A stretch of DNA of 64,000 bases from Terriglobia bacterium. GTDB lineage: Bacteria > Acidobacteriota > Terriglobia > JAIQFV01. Below are positions 41,263 through 50,372 of the stretch, piece by piece. Where the stretch lies: NCBI GenBank assembly GCA_020072965.1, contig JAIQFY010000011.1, positions 14,925-78,924 on the forward strand, given 5' to 3'. Position 1 is the first letter of the stretch. Every line of letters starts with the position of its first letter. The notes beneath the pieces are model-generated. The model had not been told where the DNA came from. It saw only the letters and a program-made list of their open reading frames with translations, and ran no database searches. The position numbers and the translations under genes are program-made.

Positions 41263-41652
41263 ATGTCAGTGATTGTGAATCATCGCGAAAAATACTCCTT
41301 CGAGGCCCACACCCGGAATCATCTGATCCTGAGTGATCAGCCGACTTCCTCTGGAGGCGGAGACTCGGCCATGACTCCGAATGAGCTATTCGTCTCCTCC
41401 TTGGGATTGAGCATGGCAGTCTATATCCAGCACTTCTTCCGGGCACGGAACCTGCCCGGCGATCGCTTTTCGCTCCACCTCGATTGGGAGCAGGAAGAGA
41501 ATCCAACCCGGATTTCCAAGGTGAGTGCCTGCATTCACCTCCCCCCGGAAGTGCCCGAACGTTATCGAGAAGGCCTGCGTCACGCCGCGGAATCCTGTCC
41601 CCTCGAACATACCTTGCGGGCTGCGCTCAAGATTGAGGTCCAAATCGGATAG
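41263..41652 (+). CDS. OsmC-like family protein
   Basis: MTPNELFVSSLGLSMAVYI and a C-terminal Cys (AESCPLEHT). Second OsmC paralog in the locus. Confidence 0.6.
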   Translation: MSVIVNHREKYSFEAHTRNHLILSDQPTSSGGGDSAMTPNELFVSSLGLSMAVYIQHFFRARNLPGDRFSLHLDWEQEENPTRISKVSACIHLPPEVPERYREGLRHAAESCPLEHTLRAALKIEVQIG

Positions 41653-42010
41653 GGGAATTCAATGAACAGATACTCAAAGGAGGTGATCGATTGAAGCGGC
41701 CAACCGGGGTTATCATCCTCCGGGTTCGGCCCTCGAAAGTACTTTCTTTCGGATCAGATTCCGCATCTGTGAACCCGAAGGAAATTCAATTCAAGCCAGT
41801 CCTCATAACGTAGTTTCATTCAAATGCCTGGGGCTTGAGGCGGTTTTTCAACCATGGCGGGGTGAATGTCCAAGGGGAATTCATCCAAGAACGATCAGGC
41901 ATCAATGAGATGCTCGATGTTGATCATCGGAATCTATCAATCTGGTTCTTTCGTAATAGGATTTTCCAAAGTCAAACACGAACGGCAAACCTCTTCAGAA
42001 AGGAAACATC

Positions 42011-43285
42011 ATGACACCTACTATGACTCAAGGGTTAACTGAAACCTTGAATGCCTTCGAGATAGCTCAGAAGCAGTTCGCGGACGCGGCCGACATTTTA
42101 GGGCTGGACGAAGGAGTTCGCAAGAAACTCAGAACCCCCGAACGATGTCTCACCGTCGCCATCCCCACCCGGATGGACGACGGCCGGCTTGAGGTTTTCA
42201 TCGGGCATCGAGTACAACACAACACCACGCGCGGCCCCTCCAAGGGCGGCATCCGTTTTCATCCCAACGTCACCCTGGATGAAGTTAAAGCTCTGGCCAG
42301 CTGGATGACTTGGAAATGCGCGACGGTAGGAATCCCTTACGGCGGCGCCAAAGGCGGCATTACCTGCAACCCGAAGGAGATGTCCCAGGGTGAACTGGAA
42401 CGAATGACCCGCCGCTATGCCTCCGAGATTTCGCTCATTATCGGACCAGAGAAAGACATCCCCGCTCCGGATGTGTACACCAATGCCCAGACCATGGCCT
42501 GGATTATGGATACCTACTCCATGAACAAAGGCTATGCAGTGCCGGGCGTCGTTACCGGAAAGCCCCTCGCACTGGGTGGATCGCTCGGTCGGAATGAAGC
42601 CACAGCGCAGGGTTGCGTTTACATCATTGAAGAAGCTGCCAAGAAACTGGGAATCGATCTGAAGACCGCCACTGCCGTGATTCAAGGGTATGGGAACGCC
42701 GGATCCATCGCGGCCTATCTCCTCCATGACCTCGGAGTAAAAATCATTGCGGTCAGTGACTCCCGGGGAGGCATCTTGAACACCCAGGGATTCGATCCGA
42801 GAAAGGTGCTGGAGTTCAAAAATCAGACCGGCTCAGTGGTGGGTTTCCCGGGCACCGAATCGATCTCCAATGAAGAGATCCTCAATCTCAAGTGCGACGT
42901 CCTGGTCCCCGCTGCACTCGAAAACTGCATTACTCTGAAGAACGCTGTAAAGATCAATGCGAAAATCGTGGCCGAGGCGGCAAACGGGCCGACTACCCCG
43001 GGCGCCGACGAGATCCTCTTCGATCGCAAAATCGTTGTTCTTCCCGACATTCTCGCCAATGCGGGTGGAGTCACGGTCAGCTATTTCGAGTGGGTGCAAA
43101 ACGTTCAGGAATTGTACTGGGACATCGAGGACGTGAACTCCCGCTTGAAGAAGATCATGACCCGCAGCTTCAACGACGTCTATGCCATCCACAAGGACAA
43201 GAGGATCAACATGCGGAAGGCGGCGTACGTGCTTGCAGTCGGTCGCGTGGCAGAGGCCTTCAAGCTGCGTGGCCTGTTTCCATGA
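42011..43285 (+). CDS. gdhA: Glutamate dehydrogenase (NAD(P)+)
   Basis: KGGIRFHP, GGAKGG and the GYGNAGS dinucleotide fold. Length 424 aa. Confidence 0.9.
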   Translation: MTPTMTQGLTETLNAFEIAQKQFADAADILGLDEGVRKKLRTPERCLTVAIPTRMDDGRLEVFIGHRVQHNTTRGPSKGGIRFHPNVTLDEVKALASWMTWKCATVGIPYGGAKGGITCNPKEMSQGELERMTRRYASEISLIIGPEKDIPAPDVYTNAQTMAWIMDTYSMNKGYAVPGVVTGKPLALGGSLGRNEATAQGCVYIIEEAAKKLGIDLKTATAVIQGYGNAGSIAAYLLHDLGVKIIAVSDSRGGILNTQGFDPRKVLEFKNQTGSVVGFPGTESISNEEILNLKCDVLVPAALENCITLKNAVKINAKIVAEAANGPTTPGADEILFDRKIVVLPDILANAGGVTVSYFEWVQNVQELYWDIEDVNSRLKKIMTRSFNDVYAIHKDKRINMRKAAYVLAVGRVAEAFKLRGLFP

Positions 43286-43537
43286 TCGGGTGTAGGACTC
43301 CTTTGAAATTGCGTGTTGCCTCAGCAGAAGGCTCGATACCAAACGTGGCGTTTGTTTGAGTGCGTAGGATATTCCCGAAAGGACGGCCTCAGGATGCCAG
43401 ACCTTTGCCGCCCTTTCGGGACCTCTTCCCTGTGTTCGGCCCGGCCCCGCACAGCCCCAAGCAAGAGATAATTTATATCCCCTGATAAGGAGAATAAAGA
43501 GGACCGTAGGGGTAGCGACCAACGATCTTTTTCCAAT

Positions 43538-44839
43538 ATGCGCCTAGACGTCACACTTAACAATTTCCGCAACCAGCGGGTCATCATCCATGCCAAGCAT
43601 GATTCCATCTCTATTTGTCTGAATCATTTCAACAACAGCCTCAACTTCGACCGTGAAGGGCGGATCATCTCCGTTTTTCTGAATGGCCATACATTCCAAC
43701 GCAGCGAAGACAATCGGTACCTGGTCAAATGGAAGACCGACAAGTTGGGTTCCCCCCTCACGATGCGCAGGTCACTCGAACCGAAGGAAATCCAGGAGTT
43801 TTTCACCAACGCGCGAGAGACAGTTCGTGAGGTCCTCGAGGCATTACAACTGCAGAAAATGAAAGCTCTTATCGAGCAGCATATCCCGGTCAGTGAGGCT
43901 AAAGCGGTACAGGAGTGGATGCAGCGGATCCTCACTTACACCCTGGATCGGTACGCCGAGCGAGCCAGGGAATTTCTTCAAATCTATAAACCCATCAGTA
44001 TCCTGCCGCCAGACCAGTACCGCTCACTGGTGGTCCAGGGGACCGAAGGATGCCACTATAACCAGTGCAGCTTTTGCACTTTCTACAAGGACCGCGAGTT
44101 CCGAATTAAAACGCCAGCGGAGTTCCGAAAACATCTCAAGGACATTCGGAAGTATTACGGCGAATCCCTCCGCCTGCGCCGAACTATCTTTCTCGGTGAC
44201 GCCAACGCCATCGTGACGCCCCAGAAAACCCTCCTGAAGTTTCTCGACGCCATCAATGAGGAGTTCGATATCACCCCGCCCGGGATGGAGAAAGAAGATC
44301 GCACCCTTTGGAAGAAGGCTCATCCCATCCACTTCAACGGGATCGTGTCCTTCATGGATTGCTTCACCTCCAAGCAAAAAACCGTTGATGAGTTCAAGGA
44401 GATGGCAGCTCGAAATCTCAAACGAGTTTATATAGGCGTTGAGACGGGAAGTGATCCGCTCCTGGCCTTCCTTAACAAACCCGGCCGGAGTGAAGAGATT
44501 TGCGAAGCCGTGGACCATGTCAAGAAAGCTGATCTGTCCGTGGGCCTGATTATCATGGTGGGGATTGGAGGAATGAAATTCAATGCGGAGCATATCGAAA
44601 AAACGGTCAAGCTGTTGCGCTCGCTCCCGCTTAGCGAGCACGACCTGATTTACTTTTCGGAGTTTGTCCAGCTCCCGGAAATGCCCTATACGCATAAAGC
44701 CCTGGAAGAGCGAATCCGCCCCCTTTCACCCACACAGATCAAAACCCAAATGACCTTAATGCGCCAACAACTCCGAGCCACCTATCCCGTCCCTCCTGCG
44801 AAGCTCTCGGTCTACGACGTCAGGGATTTCATGTACTGA
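43538..44839 (+). CDS. Radical SAM-like protein with non-canonical CX4CX2C cluster motif
   Basis: GCHYNQCSFCTF; downstream VYIGVETGSDPLL...VGLIIMVGIGG resembles the radical-SAM TIM-barrel. N-terminal approx. 160 aa unassigned. Confidence 0.55.
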   Translation: MRLDVTLNNFRNQRVIIHAKHDSISICLNHFNNSLNFDREGRIISVFLNGHTFQRSEDNRYLVKWKTDKLGSPLTMRRSLEPKEIQEFFTNARETVREVLEALQLQKMKALIEQHIPVSEAKAVQEWMQRILTYTLDRYAERAREFLQIYKPISILPPDQYRSLVVQGTEGCHYNQCSFCTFYKDREFRIKTPAEFRKHLKDIRKYYGESLRLRRTIFLGDANAIVTPQKTLLKFLDAINEEFDITPPGMEKEDRTLWKKAHPIHFNGIVSFMDCFTSKQKTVDEFKEMAARNLKRVYIGVETGSDPLLAFLNKPGRSEEICEAVDHVKKADLSVGLIIMVGIGGMKFNAEHIEKTVKLLRSLPLSEHDLIYFSEFVQLPEMPYTHKALEERIRPLSPTQIKTQMTLMRQQLRATYPVPPAKLSVYDVRDFMY

Positions 44840-45480
44840 TCCGGCCCCCTCTCTCGGTTCCCTCGCGGCTTCAGGTCGTAGATCCAGTCTTTTCTCTCCT
44901 CATGCCTTGTCCCCCTTGCAGGGATTTATTCTTACCCTCGAATTAGTTCCGAGAGAAGGGATTGGCCCCTTTTTGACATGAAGTCTCCGTCTTCTGATTC
45001 AACTTACTGAGAGTTTGCTGAAAATTCCATTTAATTCGACTTTCCAGGAGGAGTCCTCTCTCGACTCATAGGATATGTCCGTCTAGATAGCCAGATCACA
45101 GACAACCTGGCCCATACTCCCCTCCCCCGAGACGCCCGAAGCCCGGTATCCGCATGCTCTCAATGTCTGGGGGATTGAGTTACTCTCACCAATTCCACAG
45201 GTCGCTGTCCGGCTACGAGTAGAAGACGGTGCCTTCCACGGACTCTGCTGCCCCTGGTGCTGCAGCCAGGATCGAGACCTCCAAGAGCAAACCCGGACTC
45301 TTCCTTCCTTTGATTGCCCTTTTGGAACCATCGTGAACTAAATGATCTGAAATAAAAAGTCCGATATTTCCCTGCTAGAGGGCCAAAAAGTCCTTTAAAT
45401 CTCCTCAGCTGGATCGATATCCTGACGTCCCACACAGCCAATTTTCCATCCTCCTTTTGCAACCCTCCGATGAAACATTC

Positions 45481-45497
45481 TGTTGCACTGCAACAGT
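45481..45497. promoter_or_regulatory. 17-nt palindrome CTGTTGCACTGCAACAG (candidate enhancer-binding site)
   Basis: In the 1-kb AT-rich leader upstream of the cytochrome operon, 190 bp upstream of a sigma54-like element. Confidence 0.4.
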
Positions 45498-45670
45498 GGC
45501 ATTCCTCAGCGCCTGGAACAAGAGTTTTAAATTTCATCTAATCTGCTGATTCTAAATACTATGCTAATACAGCCTTTTCTTTGAACTCCAGACTTCATTG
45601 GCGTACGAATTGCTAATCCTATATGTGAATTTTTGCACTAAGATTCACCATTGCCAGCAGTTCGGCGCAA

Positions 45671-45686
45671 TGGCACCCGGAATGCT
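45671..45686 (+). promoter_or_regulatory. Candidate sigma54 (-24/-12) promoter TGGCACCCGGAATGCT
   Basis: Strong -24 TGGCAC. GC of the -12 box lies 12 nt after GG. About 185 bp upstream of the decaheme cytochrome start. Confidence 0.45.
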
Positions 45687-45871
45687 GATGAATCAAACAT
45701 TGAATCTGGGATGTAGCCGCAAATGATTAATGACAACTCCGGTCTAAATTGGATAGAATCTGCCCTTGCTTCCTGCTCGCCTCTTTTAAGGTCAATCACT
45801 CTCGTTGCCATTCCTGGAAACAATTTGCTTCTTTGAGCACACCACCTAGTATGAACTACAAGGAGATTACT

Positions 45872-46873
45872 ATGACCTCATTCACGGGCCCGCTGAAGGC
45901 GATCAAGATGACGCTCATCAGCGGCTTAGTGCTTGTGGGACTTGTGGGCGCCTTTTCCCTTTCCTTCTCGAAGTCGGCCAAGCCCGACAAGGGAAAGACT
46001 CCGCAAGCCACGTCGGCGAATTACAAGGCGGAGGACTATGTTGGGGCTGACACCTGCAAGACCTGCCACGAAGAGATTTACAACAATTTCCAAAAGACGG
46101 GCCACTTCAAACTGACGCGATATGGCAACTGGACGGCCGACAACAAAGGCTGCGAAGCCTGTCACGGACCGGGCAAGGCCCACGTGGATGGAGGCGGTGA
46201 TAAGACCAAGATTCATACGTTCGAGGATCAATCAGCCAAACAGATATCTGAAACGTGTCTCCGTTGCCATGCCGGAAAAGAGGAACACAACAATTTCCGA
46301 CGGGGTGAACACTGGCGGAACGATGTGAGCTGTATCAACTGTCATGCGCCCCATTCGCCAACGGCCACAGATCTTAAAATGTTGGTCCAGAAGGAACCGA
46401 TGCTCTGCATCTCCTGCCACAGCGAGATCAAAGCGCAGTTCAATATGCCTTTCCGTCACAAGGTGATGGAAAACACCACGAAGGGCAACGTGCTGGAAGG
46501 CACCATGAAGTGTACTGATTGCCATAATCCTCATGGCGGGTTTGAACAGAAGCAGGTGAGGCTGGCAACGGGAGGAGATGCCCCCTGCATGAAGTGTCAC
46601 GCCGACAAACAGGGACCCTTTGTATTCGAGCATGCGCCGTTGAGGGAGGAGGGTTGCACGATTTGCCATATCCCGCACGGGTCGAATAATCCAAAACTGC
46701 TGAAGCGCAATGAAGTCCGGATACTCTGCCTGGAATGCCACAGCAATGCGGGCACCGTGGGAGCGCCTGATACTCCGTCGTTCCATAACCAGGCAACAGC
46801 GCGATTCCAGAACTGCACGACCTGCCATGTCAAGATTCACGGCTCGAATCTCGATCGATTCTACTTCCGTTGA
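45872..46873 (+). CDS. Decaheme c-type cytochrome, MtrA/PioA/MtoA-like periplasmic conduit cytochrome
   Basis: 10 CXXCH motifs (CKTCH, CEACH, CLRCH, CINCH, CISCH, CTDCH, CMKCH, CTICH, CLECH, CTTCH). 333 aa. Signal/TM at N-terminus. RBS AAGGAG 7 nt upstream. Confidence 0.8.
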   Translation: MTSFTGPLKAIKMTLISGLVLVGLVGAFSLSFSKSAKPDKGKTPQATSANYKAEDYVGADTCKTCHEEIYNNFQKTGHFKLTRYGNWTADNKGCEACHGPGKAHVDGGGDKTKIHTFEDQSAKQISETCLRCHAGKEEHNNFRRGEHWRNDVSCINCHAPHSPTATDLKMLVQKEPMLCISCHSEIKAQFNMPFRHKVMENTTKGNVLEGTMKCTDCHNPHGGFEQKQVRLATGGDAPCMKCHADKQGPFVFEHAPLREEGCTICHIPHGSNNPKLLKRNEVRILCLECHSNAGTVGAPDTPSFHNQATARFQNCTTCHVKIHGSNLDRFYFR

Positions 46874-46922
46874 CGTGTGAGGGGCCTACACCGCTAACGA
46901 TATTTTTGGAGAAACGCACATC

Positions 46923-48932
46923 ATGAAAAATAAAATCGGATTCACGCTTTTGATCGTGCTGGGGATCGCGATGGGGGCATTGGTGGTCCGTGCACAGTCC
47001 ACTCCCCCCTCCAGCGATACGGTCCTGGGGGGTTATACCGTGACCCAGGATGCCGAGTTGGGGGTGCGGTTTTTGGGCCGAGACGGGAATGAGAATAAAT
47101 ACCGCAGCGATCTGAATTACGGCCGGGGCTTCCGGCTCTTCAACTATGATTTCCTGGCGCGATCGAAGGACGGCCACGGAGGCTTTTTTGATCTATTCCG
47201 TGTGACGGCGCTCGGCTGGGGTGGGGATCCCAACGAGTTTCTGCGCGTGGATGTCGAGAAGAACAAGTGGTACCGTTTTGATGCCACTTTCCGCCAGTTT
47301 GATTATTTCAACAACCTCACCAATCTGGCGCTGAACCAGCACCTCGCCGATAACAGTCGCAAATTCGACGATTTCAATTTGGCGCTCTTCCCTGACAATC
47401 AGCACTTCAAGTTTTACGTCGGTTACACGTTTGACAAGAGCAGTGGGAATGCGACCACGACGTACGATTACCAGCGCGATGAGTTCCCCATCCAGTCTAA
47501 AGTCCGGTCCGTGGCCAATGACTGGCGGGTCGGCTTTGATGCCAAGGTGTGGGTGTTTGACCTTTCCTTTCTCCAGGGATACCGCATTTTTAAGGACGAT
47601 ACTACTTACGTGGTTCCCTCTCTTAATGTGGGAAATAACCCGACGAATACCAGCGTCATTAATTTCTTAACGCGGGATGTGCCGTCGCGCACCCACATGC
47701 CCTTTACCCGTTTCAGTGCCCACACGCTGATCAAGAAGAAGCTGGACTTTACCGGTCGGTTCATTTACTCAACTGGGACCACCACCTATAATTTCGCAGA
47801 GGCCGTGAAGGGGGTCGATGCCTCCAACAACAACATTCTCCTGGATCTTTTCAATGGACCCGGGAGCGCCCGGCGGCCTAACGGCATTGGTGATTTGGGG
47901 GCGAGTTTCTTTGCCACCGACCGTTTGACCATCTCGGAGACCTTCCGAGTAAACACTTTCCGCATTTCGGGCGGGTCGAACGTCTTCGAATCGTTGTTCC
48001 GCACTCGCACGACGGCATTTGGAACAACTACGCTTCCTCCGACTTTCATTTCCTCCCTGATCTTCGAACTGGTCGGATATCGTTTGTTCTCCAATTACAT
48101 TGAGGGGGACTACAAGTTCAGTCCAAAATTCTCCGGACATGTCGGTTATCGATATACGTCGCGGCGGGTGGAGTTGGGTACCTCGATTCAACCGCCTTTG
48201 GGAACGGCGCTCGATACCGACACCCAGTTCAACCACACCAACTCGGTGGTGGTGGGGTTCAAAGCACGCCCCGCTTCCATCTGGACCGTCTATTTTGACT
48301 TTGAGCGTGGCACGGCGGACAACGTGTTCACGCGGCTCTCCAATTACAACTACACCAACTTCCGCGTGCGCACCAGTGTCAAGCCGACAAAGACCCTGAC
48401 ATTTAACGCTTCCCTGGTGACCCGCGACAACAACAACCCCGCCCTCACCCAGGGGGGTCAGAACTTCGGTGTTGATGCCAAGGGGCGGATCTTTAGCGCG
48501 TCAGCGGATTTCAGCCCCAACTCGAAATTTACTTTCACAAGCGGCTATACCTATAACCGCCTTACCTCCGATTCCTCTATCATCTTTTTCCTCGGGGGCA
48601 TCCAGACCACAGGAACCAGCTTGTATTTCCTGAGGGACCATTACTTCTTTTTCAATTCCCACGTCCAGCTCCATCCTCGAGTGGGCCTTTTCTTCGGCTA
48701 TCGCATCGAGAAGGACACCGGCCAGGGAGACCAGGTTGCGAGTTCGCCGAGCCAGTTGATTTCGTCCTATCCGTTGCAGTTCCACTCACCCGAGGTTCGG
48801 TTGACTTTCAAACTGCTTGAGCATCTGGATTGGAATGCCGGGTTCCAGCGGTATGATTACAAGGAGAAATTCCTGAACAACCAAAACTACCGAGCGAATT
48901 TGCCTTACACTTCGCTTCGGCTCTACTTCTGA
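46923..48932 (+). CDS. Outer-membrane beta-barrel protein, MtrB/PioB-like porin partner
   Basis: Signal peptide. 669 aa, rich in alternating aromatic/Gly/Thr/Asn. C-terminal ...SLRLYF. Translationally adjacent to the decaheme gene. Confidence 0.65.
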   Translation: MKNKIGFTLLIVLGIAMGALVVRAQSTPPSSDTVLGGYTVTQDAELGVRFLGRDGNENKYRSDLNYGRGFRLFNYDFLARSKDGHGGFFDLFRVTALGWGGDPNEFLRVDVEKNKWYRFDATFRQFDYFNNLTNLALNQHLADNSRKFDDFNLALFPDNQHFKFYVGYTFDKSSGNATTTYDYQRDEFPIQSKVRSVANDWRVGFDAKVWVFDLSFLQGYRIFKDDTTYVVPSLNVGNNPTNTSVINFLTRDVPSRTHMPFTRFSAHTLIKKKLDFTGRFIYSTGTTTYNFAEAVKGVDASNNNILLDLFNGPGSARRPNGIGDLGASFFATDRLTISETFRVNTFRISGGSNVFESLFRTRTTAFGTTTLPPTFISSLIFELVGYRLFSNYIEGDYKFSPKFSGHVGYRYTSRRVELGTSIQPPLGTALDTDTQFNHTNSVVVGFKARPASIWTVYFDFERGTADNVFTRLSNYNYTNFRVRTSVKPTKTLTFNASLVTRDNNNPALTQGGQNFGVDAKGRIFSASADFSPNSKFTFTSGYTYNRLTSDSSIIFFLGGIQTTGTSLYFLRDHYFFFNSHVQLHPRVGLFFGYRIEKDTGQGDQVASSPSQLISSYPLQFHSPEVRLTFKLLEHLDWNAGFQRYDYKEKFLNNQNYRANLPYTSLRLYF

Positions 48933-49234
48933 GCGATGCCAATTACGCTCGAGGTAAAACCATTGGACCAAGAAGGATTATTCTTATCGATAAACTCTAG
49001 ATGTCGCGCCTGCAACGATCCGTGATACGGACGCGGACACATCGACTTCGGAAGCTGATCGTCCGATATTTTAAACAGCCACTCCTGCAGGGGGCTGCAC
49101 CTTAAGTCAAGGAGGTAGAAAACCATGGCCATGGCAGATTATGACAATGACCCCTAACCTATAGGTTGCCGATTTTTTTCGTCTACATTTGTGAAAGCAT
49201 TCACATGACGTTAACGTCAGAAAGGATCATTTTT

Positions 49235-50194
49235 ATGGTAAAGAAGCTCATATTAGCATTTACGTTCTTACTTGTTCTTGCAAGCCTATCTTTGGCCGCC
49301 AATCCCACTCCGGCACCGCTCAATGTCCCGACCTACAACTATTCGGAGTCGAATGGCTGTCCGAGTTGTCACTTCTCGTCGGGAACGGCAGGCGATCACA
49401 TGATGGAAGCGGTCGGCATGAGTATCGACAAGGGCAACACTGCTTTCACGCTCTCTGGCAGTGGCTGGCGTGCATCCCGGCATGCTCAATCCAACCATGG
49501 GTCCACGCAAAATACCTTCTGTGCAAAATGCCACTCTCCTCTTCAAGCCACACCTCAAGCGACCTTTAACAATGGGTTCCTGGAGAACACGGCGTTGATC
49601 GCTGATGGCCAAATGGAAGGTGTCACCTGTGCGGGGTGCCATCCGCCCCACGCCACCGTTCCTCGCCTTGGGATTTACCATTTCGGTCAGGACAAGACCA
49701 AGGCATCATCGTACACATTGATTCAGGAAGATGAGCAGGACCTGCTTTGCCTCAACTGCCACGTCAACCGACACAACGAGACCAACACTGCCTTTAAGCG
49801 GATGTACGACGCCGGCGTGCAGTGCACGGATTGCCACATGGCTCGCTATGGATTGACCAACAATGGTCAGGGTACAGTCCAAAAGCGCTTCCATGATTTC
49901 AAGGTGGCAGAGAATCTACCGTATTCCTGCGGTGTCGACGGGGCGGTTTCTGGATTCCGGTGCCATCCCGGCTTCAGCACAGAAGCAACTCTCGCCTTCC
50001 TGCCCTTCCTGAAGGAGCAGCACAGCGATTGGTGGCCTCTGACTCAGAGTGCCGGCAAGAGAGGCAATGCGACGGCTACTAGGACCCTGGCAACACCGGC
50101 CGATTATATGGACCTCTGGAAAGAGATCCAGAACGGGACTACCCGGGTGCAGAGCGAAGCGAAACGAGTGGATCGAACTCAAGCTGCCCAGTAA
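49235..50194 (+). CDS. Secreted pentaheme c-type cytochrome
   Basis: Sec signal MVKKLILAFTFLLVLASLSLA. 5 CXXCH motifs (CPSCH, CAKCH, CAGCH, CLNCH, CTDCH). RBS AAAGGA. Confidence 0.8.
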   Translation: MVKKLILAFTFLLVLASLSLAANPTPAPLNVPTYNYSESNGCPSCHFSSGTAGDHMMEAVGMSIDKGNTAFTLSGSGWRASRHAQSNHGSTQNTFCAKCHSPLQATPQATFNNGFLENTALIADGQMEGVTCAGCHPPHATVPRLGIYHFGQDKTKASSYTLIQEDEQDLLCLNCHVNRHNETNTAFKRMYDAGVQCTDCHMARYGLTNNGQGTVQKRFHDFKVAENLPYSCGVDGAVSGFRCHPGFSTEATLAFLPFLKEQHSDWWPLTQSAGKRGNATATRTLATPADYMDLWKEIQNGTTRVQSEAKRVDRTQAAQ

Positions 50195-50238
50195 ACTTTT
50201 GATTCGCTTGACGGTAGCATTCTGAATTCTATTTGTCT

Positions 50239-50299
50239 GGGCCGCGTGGAAATTGAGGGAAGGCGACCCTTCATCATTTCTTTTGCGGCCCTTTTTTAT
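50239..50299 (+). terminator. Rho-independent terminator-like hairpin GGGCCGC...GCGGCCC followed by TTTTTT
   Basis: Outer 7-bp stem plus inner GAAGG-CGAC-CCTTC stem, then a T-run. 45 bp after the pentaheme gene stop. Confidence 0.5.
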
Positions 50300-50372
50300 T
50301 GCAAAAATGTGAATTTATTCACAAGTAAGTCGTGCCATTGATTTCAAACTCAATCATAGGAGGTAGTACTAA

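Noticed and set aside
41700-41780. Possible riboswitch or structured leader in the 360-nt gdhA upstream region (CGGGTTC...GAACCCG inverted repeat).
   Set aside because: Only a single 7-bp long-range pairing was seen by eye. No match to a riboswitch consensus recalled from memory. Needs a covariance-model search before any call.
49125-49166. Palindromes CCATGGCCATGG and AACCTATAGGTT followed by a T-run upstream of the pentaheme gene, as terminator or operator.
   Set aside because: Stems are short (5-6 bp) with weak predicted stability. Could be noise in an AT-richer spacer. Not called.
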